This document shows positions 34,797 through 47,229 of a DNA stretch of 62,908 nt, in pieces. Position 1 is the first letter of the stretch; the number at the start of each line of letters is the position of its first letter. A model generated the notes under the pieces. It worked only from the letters and a program-made list of their open reading frames with translations. It searched no databases and was not told the origin of the DNA. The stretch spans positions 310,001 to 372,908 of the forward strand of contig NW_025767689.1 of assembly GCF_003918875.1 (NCBI RefSeq), in the 5' to 3' direction. The translations under genes and the position numbers were made by a program. The stretch is from Haliotis rubra. Lineage: Eukaryota.

Positions 34797-35137
34797 CAAA
34801 TACTACATGCTCTATTCTAGCATACCGCAAACAACTAGAAGGACAAACAGCCATCATACAGACACTGAACAATTCGTGTTACGCACTTAAATACCCAGTA
34901 GCTGCCATACTTCTTACATAACAACCAAGCACGATACCACTCTGCTGGCTGTTTGTCCTTCTAGTTGTTTGCAGTATACTAGAATGGAGCATGTAGTATT
35001 TGAAACCTATGGTATGAGCATTTCTCATTGGTGGTGGGCAGATTGGCTGGCCTATCGTGTCCTGGTTGTTATGTAAGACGTAGGGCAGCTACTGGGTATT
35101 TTAGCGAGTAACACAAATTGTTCAGTGTCTGTATGAT
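34797..35137. repeat. Interleaved inverted repeats A-B-A'-B'
   Basis: A (34797-34853) pairs with A' (34946-35002). B (34853-34936) pairs with B' (35053-35137). Confidence 0.8.
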
Positions 35138-35320
35138 TGGCGACTGATCAGAGGTGAGGTGATCCACCGTAATATGTCCCGTGATGGGGCCATAAGATGT
35201 TCCGTGACGCAACAGTGAGCCCCTAATCCATTCCCCATTAGGTTTTAGTTTATTTGCGGCCAATATGAGAAAATGAGTGGAAAGACTGTGCATTTTGCGG
35301 TAAATTTGTTAGTGGGGATG

Positions 35321-35996
35321 TGTAACATAGTTGATGTTCGCCTCCCTCGGTCAGTCCCGGGTCAATCCCTGGTCAGCCCCTGATGGTGTCAACAAATCAA
35401 TATGCAGGAAGAAACTGCTGTGAAGTAAACCACCATGACGGCGATGGCACATTAATGTCTGCGTACTAAGTGTGACCTGCGATAAATCCGTGGTCAGTCC
35501 CCTGAATGTGTCAACAGGCAGCAAGGAACTGCTGTGAAGTAGTCCACCACAATGGCAATGACACTTTAATGTTTGGACACTACCTGTGACCGGTGATAAA
35601 CATAGGATAAACATGATAAACATGAGGAATTAACACTGACGTTTCTGTCATATGTCCAGCTGGTTACACATCCTGTGGGATACAGATGGCTGAACCATTC
35701 ATCTTGACCAAGGGGGTATATAAGGGAAGGTGGCCAGACAAAGAGACAGAAGAGAGAAAGAGAGAGAGAGGAGAGAGAGGAGACAGAGAGAGAGAGAGGG
35801 AGAGAGGAGACAGAGAGATCTGGACGGCAGCAGCAGAGGGAACAAGACGGCAGCAGAGACAGCAACAACACCAGCTGATCTCAGCAAACAGGCCAGGACT
35901 GCCCCAGGCTGCCCGACTGCCAAGCCGCTGCTGATGTGACGAAATAAACAAGAATTTATCCATTTCTACCTCTTTGTCGTTCCTTACTTTGTTACA
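35321..35996 (+). mobile_element. LTR of a second Gypsy-type element
   Basis: The ends are TGTAAC...GTTACA. It contains an internal ~120-bp duplication, a TATA (gtatataag, ~35716), a GA microsatellite and AATAAA at 35943. A tRNA-His-type PBS tggtgctgtgaccaggat lies at 36023-36040. Confidence 0.8.
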
Positions 35997-36151
35997 AGTA
36001 AGGATGGGATGGGTTCTTGATTTGGTGCTGTGACCAGGATCCTCCTTGATGGTGAAGACTGTGTAAAGGAAGAAAACTCCAACGAACGTTAGCCGTGCCA
36101 CCCGGAAAAGGGGTAAGTAACTTGTGGTGATTTTCGAGTTGCTTGAACACA

Positions 36152-37370
36152 ATGGCTGGTCAGGAGTTAGGGGAGTTTCTACAAGAGTTAGCTAACCAAA
36201 TTACGGGGCAATTAGCAAATTTAGCTACGACAGTAGGTGCCACCGGATTATCAACGATAGTTAACACGTTTGAGGAGGATCCGAAGAGGTATAGGGAGTG
36301 GATAAAAGGTATTGAAAAATATGCAATTTTAACCAATGCAAACGATCAACAGAAAAAACGAATAGCATATCAAAGTTGTACAGGCACAGTTAGTGACTAA
36401 ATCCAAAGAGATCTGAATAGCAACCAGGATGCCACATGGGACAAAGGATATACATGTAATAGGAATGAGGGCAACTCTGAAATGGGAGAATATGGTACAG
36501 ATTAATATGGAAACCTATGAACACAACAGGCAACGTATGAAGGTTAAGACACTGGTGTGGCCCAAGTCCGGCCAGAAGTATTGTATGACTGAAGCGAGAG
36601 AACTTATAATTAAGAATTGGTGATACCTACTGAAGATGAGTGTTGTATCTGTTGCCAATATTAAGGAGATAATTTAGTTACATAATGTGCAATACGCAAG
36701 TAAACCACAATTTATAACTAGAAGGAAGGTACAAAGAAAATGGAAACAAGCTATTATCTCGAAAGAGAAGAAAGAGACGGTTTAAGTAATACTTGAAAAT
36801 GACATATATCCTTCATCTGAATATGATTAAGGATCTAGTTATCACTGATCAGTATTTGGTCGCGGATAGCGATAAGTGCATACTGACATGGTAACAAAAT
36901 CCTTTATGACCATTTGTTGAAGGGTAGCAGTTTAAACAATACTTTGAAAATGACATATAACCTAGATACCTGAATGCCATTAAGGATCTAGTTATCACTG
37001 ATCAGTATTTGGTTGCGGATAGCGATAGGTGCGTACTGACATGGTAACAAAATCCTCTATGACCATTAATGTTGAAGGGAAGCAGTTTAAACAATACTTT
37101 GAAAATGACATATAACCTAGATACCTGAATGCCATTAAGGATCTAGTTATCAATGATCAGTATTTGGTCGCGGATAGCGATAGGTGCGTACTGACATGGT
37201 AGCGAAAATACTTTTTCACCACTGGCTGAACTAGCAAGGCGGTTACGCATGAGAAATCATAAGGCTAGCGATCATTCCTCCAACGACAGCGAATCTAACG
37301 AAACCGACAGACGATCGGACACACAATCCAATGACCATGTGATTGGCATGATTGACTGCAAACAGGAAAC
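36152..37370 (+). pseudogene. Gypsy gag (and deleted downstream region) following the LTR
   Basis: MAGQELGEFLQELANQ...IVNTFEEDPKRYREWIKGIEKYA.. has the gag F.G....F.EW...IE pattern. It lies directly after the PBS and has a premature stop at 36400. Confidence 0.65.
36788..37200 (+). repeat. ~153-bp tandem triplication
   Basis: The unit aatactttgaaaatgacatata...attaaggatctagttatcactgatcagtatttggtcgcggatagcgata...tactgacatggta occurs three times, nearly identical. Confidence 0.9.
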
Positions 37371-40300
37371 CCCTAAGGGCAAAGCAGAGGTCAGACGACT
37401 ACTAGAGGCAGTGGCGGGACTATTATCAGGCTTCATAATAGTTAGCCACATGTTTAAAAAGAAAAAAAAAAAGAAAGAAAAGAAAAACCCACCAAAGTTG
37501 TAAATATCATGTTACTAAAAGGGCTTACATTAGTAATGGAGGGAGATACATATCCATTGGAAATAATGTTAGTCCGAAGCGTATATATATATATGTCATT
37601 CTGATGTTTCAGAATTGAGCATGGGTGTTCTTGCCGTTGTTTTGATAATTGGTCTAGCCAGTGGTAGAAACGTAATGGCCCAACATTAATGAAACTGACT
37701 TTACTCGAATAGAGCATGAAGGTTCTGTTTGCAGTCAATCATGTAATCTTATGATCTGAACGATATCGTCTGTCGGTTTCGTTAGATTCGCTGATAGACC
37801 GGAGAATGATCGTAACACCTAGTTCAACCGATGATATTATTTTCACTTCTGTCGTACGCGCCTTTACATCGCGACAACTTTGATAGATAACTGGACGCCA
37901 ATGACTGACGTCAGCCCTTATGATAAGCGCAAAGTATTGTTTAACTTCTTCCTTCAACATGGTCGTAAGAATTTTGCTGCATCGTCGTACGCACTATCTT
38001 ATCGCAACAACTACTGATCGTGATAACTAGATCGCCAATGGCATTCAGCATTGAACTTCTTTACCCTTCAACTTAAATGATCTTGAATTTTGTTACCGTA
38101 ATCGGTATGCTTATCTTCCGCGTTGATCGTAACCAATGTATTCGGAGATATATGTCGTGCACAGTATGGCAAATGCTCTTTCTATGGCACTGAGATAATA
38201 ACTTTCCATACCGCTTCTGGTTATAGGCCAGCCAGTTTACGCATGACGCACGACCCTTCAATGGCTGAAGTATCTCCTTAATATTGACGGCGAAATACTG
38301 GCGCTGTCTTTCGTGGTATCACCAATTCTTTAATTATAAGTTTACTTCGCTTTCAATCGCTTACGTACTTTTTCAATGATCTTCATGCGACGCGTTAATG
38401 TTCATAGATTTCATGACAATGCGGCGCCATATTCTTCCATTTCGCTTTCATTCCCCGTAACTAATCGCACGATCCCCATCAATCTGGTATAATGCTCTTT
38501 GATTTGGTCGCCCAATATTTCTTTTCAATACAACTTTGATGTGCTATTCAGACGCCAATTGCGTATTTTCAATGCCTTATCCGCTCCTATTTTATATTTC
38601 AGTTCAAACGTGTTAACCGTAATCCGTTGACTTTTCACCGTCGTATTTAAACATGAACTGACGGCAACTTTCTTCGAAAAACCACAACTTACGGCCGACG
38701 TGTTCAACGGCTCGAAAATCACCTGCTTACTTTTCCGGGTGTGACTAACGTTAGTCGAGGTTTTCGCACGGTCATCGGGAGGATCACGAATGCGGCATAG
38801 TGAACGCAACCTCGCTTTACAGCGACGAAACGGGGCTGTTTTAGTGAAATAAATTGTTTATTTCGTCGCATCGGCGCCGGCTGACGCGATCGGCGGCGAT
38901 CCTGGCCTGACTGCTGACCGTTGCTGATATAACATCTCCCTCGCTTACTTCGAATCTCTCTGTCTTCTTCTCATATATATATGATGTCCTCTCTGCTCTT
39001 CTTTCTTCTCTTCTGATAATAACGATCGGCCGCCGCTACGCTTGGTCGAATGAATGACCATCTGTATCACGGGACTGGACTATGACGGCGTCGTGTTAGT
39101 CCTCCGTATTTATCGTGTTTATCTATGTTCGCGGGTCACGGTGGTATGATCCAGGCGATAGCTCGATAGGTACCGACCGATGGACTGCACTTCACGGCGA
39201 TCGCCTGTTGTTCCATTCAGTTTTATCGCGGGTCATAATCGCGTTTATAATAGTATGCCGTCATGATTTACTTCGACGGCGGACTAATCACCATCGTGAT
39301 TTGACGACTTCGAGGGCTGATGAGGATTCCGACCGGACTGATGGGGCCGGAAGACATCGGCATCATTACCCTTGTCACTATTCAAATTGCCGCCAAAATG
39401 CGCGGTCTTTCCGCTTTCATTTTCTCCATGTTGACGTAAATAAACTAAAACCTGTGGGGAGGAAATGAACCGGGGAAACCGCTGATCGCGAGCGAGGACT
39501 TCAACCGATTGGATCACTACTCGATCGATGTCAATCATGCGAACGCTAATGAACGCCAAAGCTAAAGCTGACCATTGCTAAATCTTACGCCGGCCGGGAT
39601 CGCGATTGACGGCAATCTGCCCGCACCAATGAAGATAACTTTCATACCATGGGTTCAGTACTTTACGTATGCGTTCTGGTATTGCTTGCCGAAGCAACTG
39701 GAGGGACAGGCGGCCGGCGGGGTGGTGTAGATAACTGGTGACAGCTGACAAAATGGCGGCTACTGAATTGTTGAATAATGCGAATTGTTCATTATTCATA
39801 TGATGACTTGTTTGTCCTTCACGGTGTTGGCGATAGAACAGGCATTAACCATTTGCGGCGTCTGCAGGGTTGCCTAATAAAGATGCGGCTGAGGTAATAT
39901 TCGCTTCTCCACCATGGCGCAGTAATTCAATGAATTTATCGCATGAACTTTCAACTGAGGATCTGGCGTGTATCTCGCTTCATTTTGTTTTGTTATTTTG
40001 ACGGGTTTTTGAATTGAAGTTAGAGACATTTGGTACCGGAAACTGGGCTACTATGATGGAAAAGAAAACCAGTGTAAATAGTATCCACTTCTCCTAACAG
40101 ATGAGGGATAAAGGTGTTGCATTTCATAATATTTTATGCAGTTTTGTCACTTTGAATCGTTGACAGTTGAATCTGGACGGCAGATATTAAGTTCCCTCGT
40201 TTGAGCTGGAATCACATTCTCTCTGATAGGTGTTGTGGGGTAATCATCACTTCCTGCTAACAAGTGATTGACTTCTACGCCGACGGAACTCCGAAGGTAT

Positions 40301-43300
40301 AAATCTTTCCTTCGTTCATCAATTTCATTTTGTCTTTACGAATGTTTTAACTTAGTTGATTTTGTTCGCCAATTCTGTTGGATTCATCCAGCGGTGTCGT
40401 TATCGAAAACTGCTTCTATTCGACTGTATTGCTTTATGAAATTTCAGGTAAATCTCTGTTTGATTTTGTGTTTTCATTTATTTTTCCATTTAATGGCGGC
40501 ACAAACTGCGTAAATTTGTTGATTATATACGAAATAGTGTTATGGTGATCAATCTATCCCCAAAGCCTCGGCAAACCGGCCTTCGATGATGTTTCGTGAG
40601 GACTTTCCTAGATGATAATATATACCAATTTTGTCATTTCATCTTTGTTGGGAATTGACTCTATTTATCAGTTGGTCCCCTACGCCGAGAGTTATCTGCT
40701 GCCCTTTAGGCTCATTTAACACGTAATGTGAACTTTCAAAGACGATAAATCTCGCTATTTTCAAATGCACTGAATTTTTGTGTTCAGAATTTTGCAACTT
40801 AGATCAGGGTACTGAATATACTATTGATGTTCAATTGAAATAAGAGTTGAAGTCTATCACTTCTCCACGAAGCTTTAACCGGCAGAAGTGTCCAACATAC
40901 GTGTGTTTCACTGAACGAAGACTGTTATGTCGCGGGCTTTATTGAACTTGTTAGGTAATTTTGTTCGGTGGTAGATAACATGTCGCTATGTCGGCGACGC
41001 ATCATGATCTGATCTGGTTTTCAACGTATGACTTTCGTTTCATATTTTGATGATATTGCTTTTCTCCGTGCTGATATACAGTCGCTCGGTTCTTTCTTCG
41101 TAATCGTAGATAGATAACGCTGCAAATGACGTAATATATTTCTCCGTTCTTTCCGTTATTCTTCTTCGATTTCTTTGCGATATTTCACTAACAGAATACT
41201 TCTGTTCTTTGTCTGTTGCTTTTGCTATATTATTCCTGTATTTATGTCTTATAAACTAACATACTGACTTTGCAAAGTTGACTTTCTGCGGTACTGATAA
41301 CTGACTGGACGCATGAGTTGCTGATACGACATGAACTTTGACTTGCTGTGATTTACCGACTTGGTTCGTTTAACATGATATTATTCCTGAAGTGCCAAAT
41401 GGCCCCATTTGAACTGCAATTAAATGAAGCTTAAACGGTAAACGTAATTTGGTGTTGGTAATGTTTTTATCTGCCGGTTGATTTTCCGATCTTGCTGATG
41501 CTATGCTGTCGGTCGACCATTACCGAGATTGTATACTGCTTTGCGTAATTGGTATTGGCGACTATGGTGGGATCGATCGATAGTAACGATGACTACTGGA
41601 CAAATGCAACCAAACAGATTTGTTTGATGCGCTGTTCTGAAAATGACTTTCTTCAACCGATTCTTTTATGACGTACCGCTACCGGAAATAACTATATTCA
41701 GTTGTGATTTCTTTGAGTTAACATCAATTGAATCGACTGCTAAATATTCGTTTTGTAGGAAAACAAGGATTATTCAATGATTTTTGTAATGAAATATGAA
41801 TTTGTACGAATTTTACTGGTTAAGCGAACAACGTGGTGTCGTGGAAGTCTGAAAAGAATAACGAACGCTGGTCGTATTCAATCCTGAAGATTTCATATCG
41901 TTCTGACCAGCTTCGTTTTATATGACTTACTGAAACGTTATTTCGGTTATGATGACATGGACGATGGTGGCGGCCAGTAGATAAACTTATGTTATGTAGA
42001 TGATGACCGGATGAACACCGTTTCGCGATCGATACTGGCGATCGACCGGCAACTTCCGGCATTGACGGATTGATATTCGATGTTGGGCAATTGATCTGGC
42101 TGGCGACTTCCGTCGTGACCGTTCTATCGTCAGACCAATCTGGGCATCGTTTGATGATGATATCTGGTCGATAAATCTTCGAATGTTTTGACCTGGAATA
42201 TCGGAAGTCGATGCGTCATGACGATCGTTATCATGATGAAGTGTTGATGATGGATATTGATCGTTATCGATCGACTGCGTATCGTCATCAATCTCAAGGA
42301 TCGTCCGTCCGCTTCACCATCGACGTTCAAGCCGTGGTCAACACGTGAGTTCGGACCTAGAAAACTGCGGAACTCGCTGTCAGTAAATGCAGGTGAAAGC
42401 TGCTGGATAATTAATGCCTACTGGCAATGGCGGGAAAACACACCGTAATTGTAACTGTTGCTGTTTGCAACCGAGCAGGCATTTTACCGGTTGAGCGTCT
42501 GCTTTCTGAGCTCCATGACGTAGTAACGCTTATCGCAGGCAAACATGGCGGAAAAATTGATGGCTGGCAATATTTCAGTAGCCGCGGGCCATTTCACCGT
42601 GGGTATTAATATCAGCACTGAAATGATTATGACTTCGTGCTGACATTATCCGGAGCAGCTTGTCATGGTTGCGCATACACGGTGAACGAATAATAGTTCG
42701 GGCAAACTATCCGCCTATATGAGTAGACGCCTAATTTTGACTGGTGTCGACCACCATTGCCGGTATTGCAAACCAGCGGCGGAGGAAATGACAGTGAACG
42801 TGGCACATGCTGGTATTTAAAATAGAAAAGGCACGGTAGCACGGAGTTACTGGTTTGATACATACCGAACTTTTGGGTGATTACGTCTACCCCATGATAG
42901 TTTTATCGGCCTCGTGTCGTAAACTATAACCGTGACCTACGAAGACCGTACCCCTGTCGTCGCCATTATTGCCGAGAATATTCAAACAATCAGCTCGGCG
43001 ATAATGGCATTTGGCGCTGAAAATAGTCACCGACGGTGACAAATATGCCAACACAATGAGGCTGACTGAAAGATCGGCTTTAAACTGCTGATATTGCAAG
43101 GGACCGACTATTGTCACTGTTGCTTAGCGGCGATAATGTTCTGAGCCATGTTTGATTCAGGCCCATCTTTCGCGGCAATAGTACTTTTCATCTCCATCGC
43201 CGTTCGCAAACTGCGACCCAGTCTGTAAACATGAGCATCAGCTTTGCTGACTGACTGCGATAACGATACTTCGTCAGAACGTTGCGATACTCGTCATTCT

Positions 43301-44911
43301 GTACGCTGGCGGTCACGACAAAGACCCGCAATGCCAGCGCCCCAAATGGTCTCAAACACGCACGCTGAAATGAGAAGAAGTGCTTGTGGGACAGCATGCC
43401 ACTAAACAGATAAGGATCTGATGTTGATTACGCTTGCCTTTCTTATCTTGAACCTGTTCAAACTTACGTAATCTGCATAATATTTGTTGCCGATGAAATG
43501 AAGTGATGTCGGGTGATACTGACCCGGTTGCCGCTTTGATTGACGAGAGCCGTTTACTGAGCTATTCCCATTCTGTTGAAACCGTGGCGCGTCTGCGTTC
43601 GATACCGCAATAAGTGATGCCATTATAACCAGGCAATCTATCTACTCTTGTCCCCGTGGCGTGATAACTGTGAATAGTCAGATAAGTCCAATATGGTGTT
43701 TAGAATCTGTTTGTGTTGACGGAAGCTCTCGAACAATGGTCATCGAAAACCACAGTTCTCACGGATTACGCACAACATTGTTCTGGCTACCATTCAGCGG
43801 TTTGTATATCTCCCAATACTATGGACCAGTGCTCCTGAACCGAAAGTCGCTCCAGTCGATGAATACCCTGGGCTTGTGGTAAAATAGAACGTCATTGAGT
43901 CTGTCTCCTGCGCCCGAGAAATAATGTCCTAAAATCATGCTATAATAACTTTCTTTCGAACTTAAAATTCTTCCGGTTCATAACGTGCGTTATCCATCAG
44001 CAACCATTGATATCTGAAATCACAACTATGTTGGTCCGACGCCGAACCTTTCGTCAATCATTCGAATCTCTGACAGCACTTTACTGCTGGAAATTGTTTC
44101 ATCTTATTCAGAATGTCCCGTGTTATCCACCTGATTGAAAAGGATGATCAATAATTAGGACCCGGTCGGCCCGCTTTCACAACGCTTCTTAACTTGACTT
44201 CAATTCCTCGAAATATCAGGTATGTATATAATATTTTCGGTTACAAATATCCTGATTCAATGTCTCATTTGAGCATGTCAGTGCGACTGATTAATGGCTA
44301 ATTGTATACAACGAATATATCAATAGTCTTCACCCGAGCTTTATTTTACTCGTCTTAGATCCCGAATAATTAATCGTTGATCTTCGACTGTCCTCGGCGG
44401 CTTGAAGATGAATGCTTATCTACCCACTGAAGTCGTCGATCTCTAGACTCTTGGCTTTATATTCACCCGATCTGCGCCGTATGAGCGATCTCTACAGAAG
44501 TCATCCAGGGATTTCATTGATCGCGATCTCCCCGCTACAAACTAATCGGCAGACGGTATCTTTGACTGTCAATACTGATAGCTTTAATTGCCTTATGTCA
44601 TCGATAAAGTAGGACAAAATGCTATCTTGCTATCTTATACTCGAGTTTCAGGTGACACGATCGAGGAATCCTATCGTTCGTTCTTACGACAACTCACCTA
44701 ATTGTTTTTTTCTGATGATAGTATTTCTTGAGGAAAAACTCCAGCGACCATTCTGACCACCGGACACCATATCTTGCGCATTTTCACTACGATCCGACTG
44801 TCGCGACTACTCGATGGCTTCGGCTACTGAGACTGGGTGTTTCATCAACAACATATCATCGTCTATAATTCTCATCTCCATGGTCCTCTTCATCTGAAGA
44901 ATGCTAATAAT

Positions 44912-47200
44912 CTAATATATAACAAGTTTATGGATAACTGGCTTCTTTATTTTCGTGGTGCGACGTTTAGGTACGGATTCTTTGCCGTTGTCAAAGCAAG
45001 GTGATGCATGAAAGTGTAGGGCTGCGTATGTATACTGTATGTAACAATGGAAACAAGCATAATGAACCAGAGAGCAACATAATTGCCATGATTGGCTGAA
45101 GCGGTAAGCTGATGAAAGCCGGTAAGTGCATAAAGGGATGGTGAATGGAAGCCGGGGATGTGGTTGCAATGAGGATGTTTTTATGCAATGGATGCGATGT
45201 TTATGCAATGGGCTGGGCGATGGTGGAGGTGGATCATAAGCAGATGGAATGAAGTATCCTTGGTCACGGTTGATGGTAGGCTTGTGGCGTTTGATGTGAA
45301 TGGAAGCTGCGAGCGGAGCTTTGCGTTTAGTGAGAGTCCGTTTGGTTGTTGGCGAGAATGGTGATGTCGGACCACTCTATTTGATGATTGGGGTTGGCTT
45401 TGATGTGGTCAGAGATGATAGCTGATTTGGTGTCGGAATTAGCAGCAGAGAGTCGCGGTGTTCTTTTGACTCGGGTGTTGATGGGTAGGGATGTTTCACC
45501 TATGTAGCATTGTCCACAATCACAGTCTATTTTGTAAATAACACATTTTGGGTTGTTGTTGTTGTGATTAGGTTGTTTTCTTCCGTGGCATGGAGGAGGT
45601 TGTTGAGGGCTGGAGGGCGCTGAGAAGGTAGTGTCTATTCCTGCCTGTTGTTTCAAGAAGTCGGCTGATTTGGTGTGATGGTTTACCAATGCAGGAATGG
45701 ATATCTTGATGGGGGCTGATTCTGGTTTAGATCTTTTGGCAGGAGGGTGGCGCGTTGCCCCGATGGTTCTGTTGACTATTTCCAGGTGGGTGTGGTTGCG
45801 TTCTGCAAGACTTCCTCAGGTGTTTCGAATTTCTTCCTCTGTAGGTTTGTTGAGCGATGTTTTTGGCTCTTCTGGTCAATGTAGAGATGGCAGCGGTCGT
45901 GACTTTTGTTGGAGTTGTAGTGGATGTATTGATGTTTGAAGAGGCCTAGAAACTGCACCCTTCAAACCGTCCTGCTGGTACCAGCAAAGTGGATGACTTT
46001 CCTTGATGGAGTCACTCCAACCTCAACAAAGATCCAAAGCAGCTCCTGGCCCATCTCCAGCAGCCAGCATCCCGTAAATCAAATTCACCATTGAGAGCAG
46101 AGCAGAACCAACTACCTTTCCTTGATGTCCTTGTGTCGCTCCTTGCAACCAACCAGACCTCCGTGTGCAGAAAACCAACTCATACGGATCAATACATCAC
46201 TACAACTCCAACCACCCCCTAAAAGTCAAGAGCCGGCGTCATCTCTACATTGACCAGAAGAGCCAAAAACATCTACTCAACAAACCTACAGGAAGAAATT
46301 GAACACCTGAGGAAAGTCTTTGTAGAGACGCAACCTACCCACCTGAAATAGTCAACAGAACCATGGAAACTTAGCAGCTTTCACCTCCTGCCAAAGATCT
46401 AAACCAGAATCAGCCCCCATCAAGATATCCATTCCCTACATTGGTAAACCATCACACCAAATCAGCCGACTCCTGAAACAACAGGCAGGAATAGACACTA
46501 CCTTCTCGAAAGCGTCCTCAGCCTCAACAACCTCCTCCATGCCAGCGGAAGAAAACAACCCACCGTCAACAACAACAACCCGAAATGTGTTATTTACAAA
46601 ATAGACTGTGATTGTGGACAATGCTACATAGGTGAAACATCCCGACCATCAACACCGAGTCAAGAACATCGCACCTCTGTTGCTAATTCGACACCAAATC
46701 AGCTATCTCCTGACCACATCAAAGCCAACCCCAATCATCAAATAGAGAGTGGTCGACATCACCATTTCTCGCCAACAACCAAACCGGACTTCACTAAACG
46801 CAAGCTCACAGAAGCCATTCATCAAACGCATACAAGCCTACCATCAACCGTGACCAAGGATACTTCATTCCATCTGCTTATGATCCACTCCTCCACCAAG
46901 CCCAGTCTATTGTATAAACATCGCATCCATTGTATAAACATCTCATTGTGGCATCTCTGGCTTCCATTCACTATCCTTTATGTACTTACTGGCTTCATCA
47001 GCACTTGGCTGCCTGGCCAATCATGGCAATTATGTTGTTTCCTTTGTCTATTATGTTGTTTCATTGTTATATACGGTATATATATGCGGCTCCTACGCTT
47101 CATGTATCACTCTTGCTTGACAACGGTACAAGAATCTGTATCGAAACGTCGCTCACGAAAATAAAGAAGTTGTTATCCATAAAACTTGTTATATATTGCA
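44912..47200. mobile_element. Mirror copy of the inverted Penelope element
   Basis: Reverse complement of 25827-28048. GIY-YIG (CVIYKIDCDCGQCYIGETS) is readable in ORF 45327-45689. Confidence 0.85.
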
Positions 47201-47229
47201 CGTCTCCCGGCTTCTAAAATGCTGCCCAA

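Noticed and set aside
35351-36152. Overlapping ORFs on both strands rich in S/L or E/R
   Set aside because: They arise from the GA microsatellite within an LTR.
37739-44700. Many short ORFs in CG-rich, bacterial-looking sequence (possible horizontal transfer or contaminant)
   Set aside because: The sequence is a garbled reverse complement of 28-37 kb. The ORFs have no recognisable motifs and are best explained as basecalling noise.
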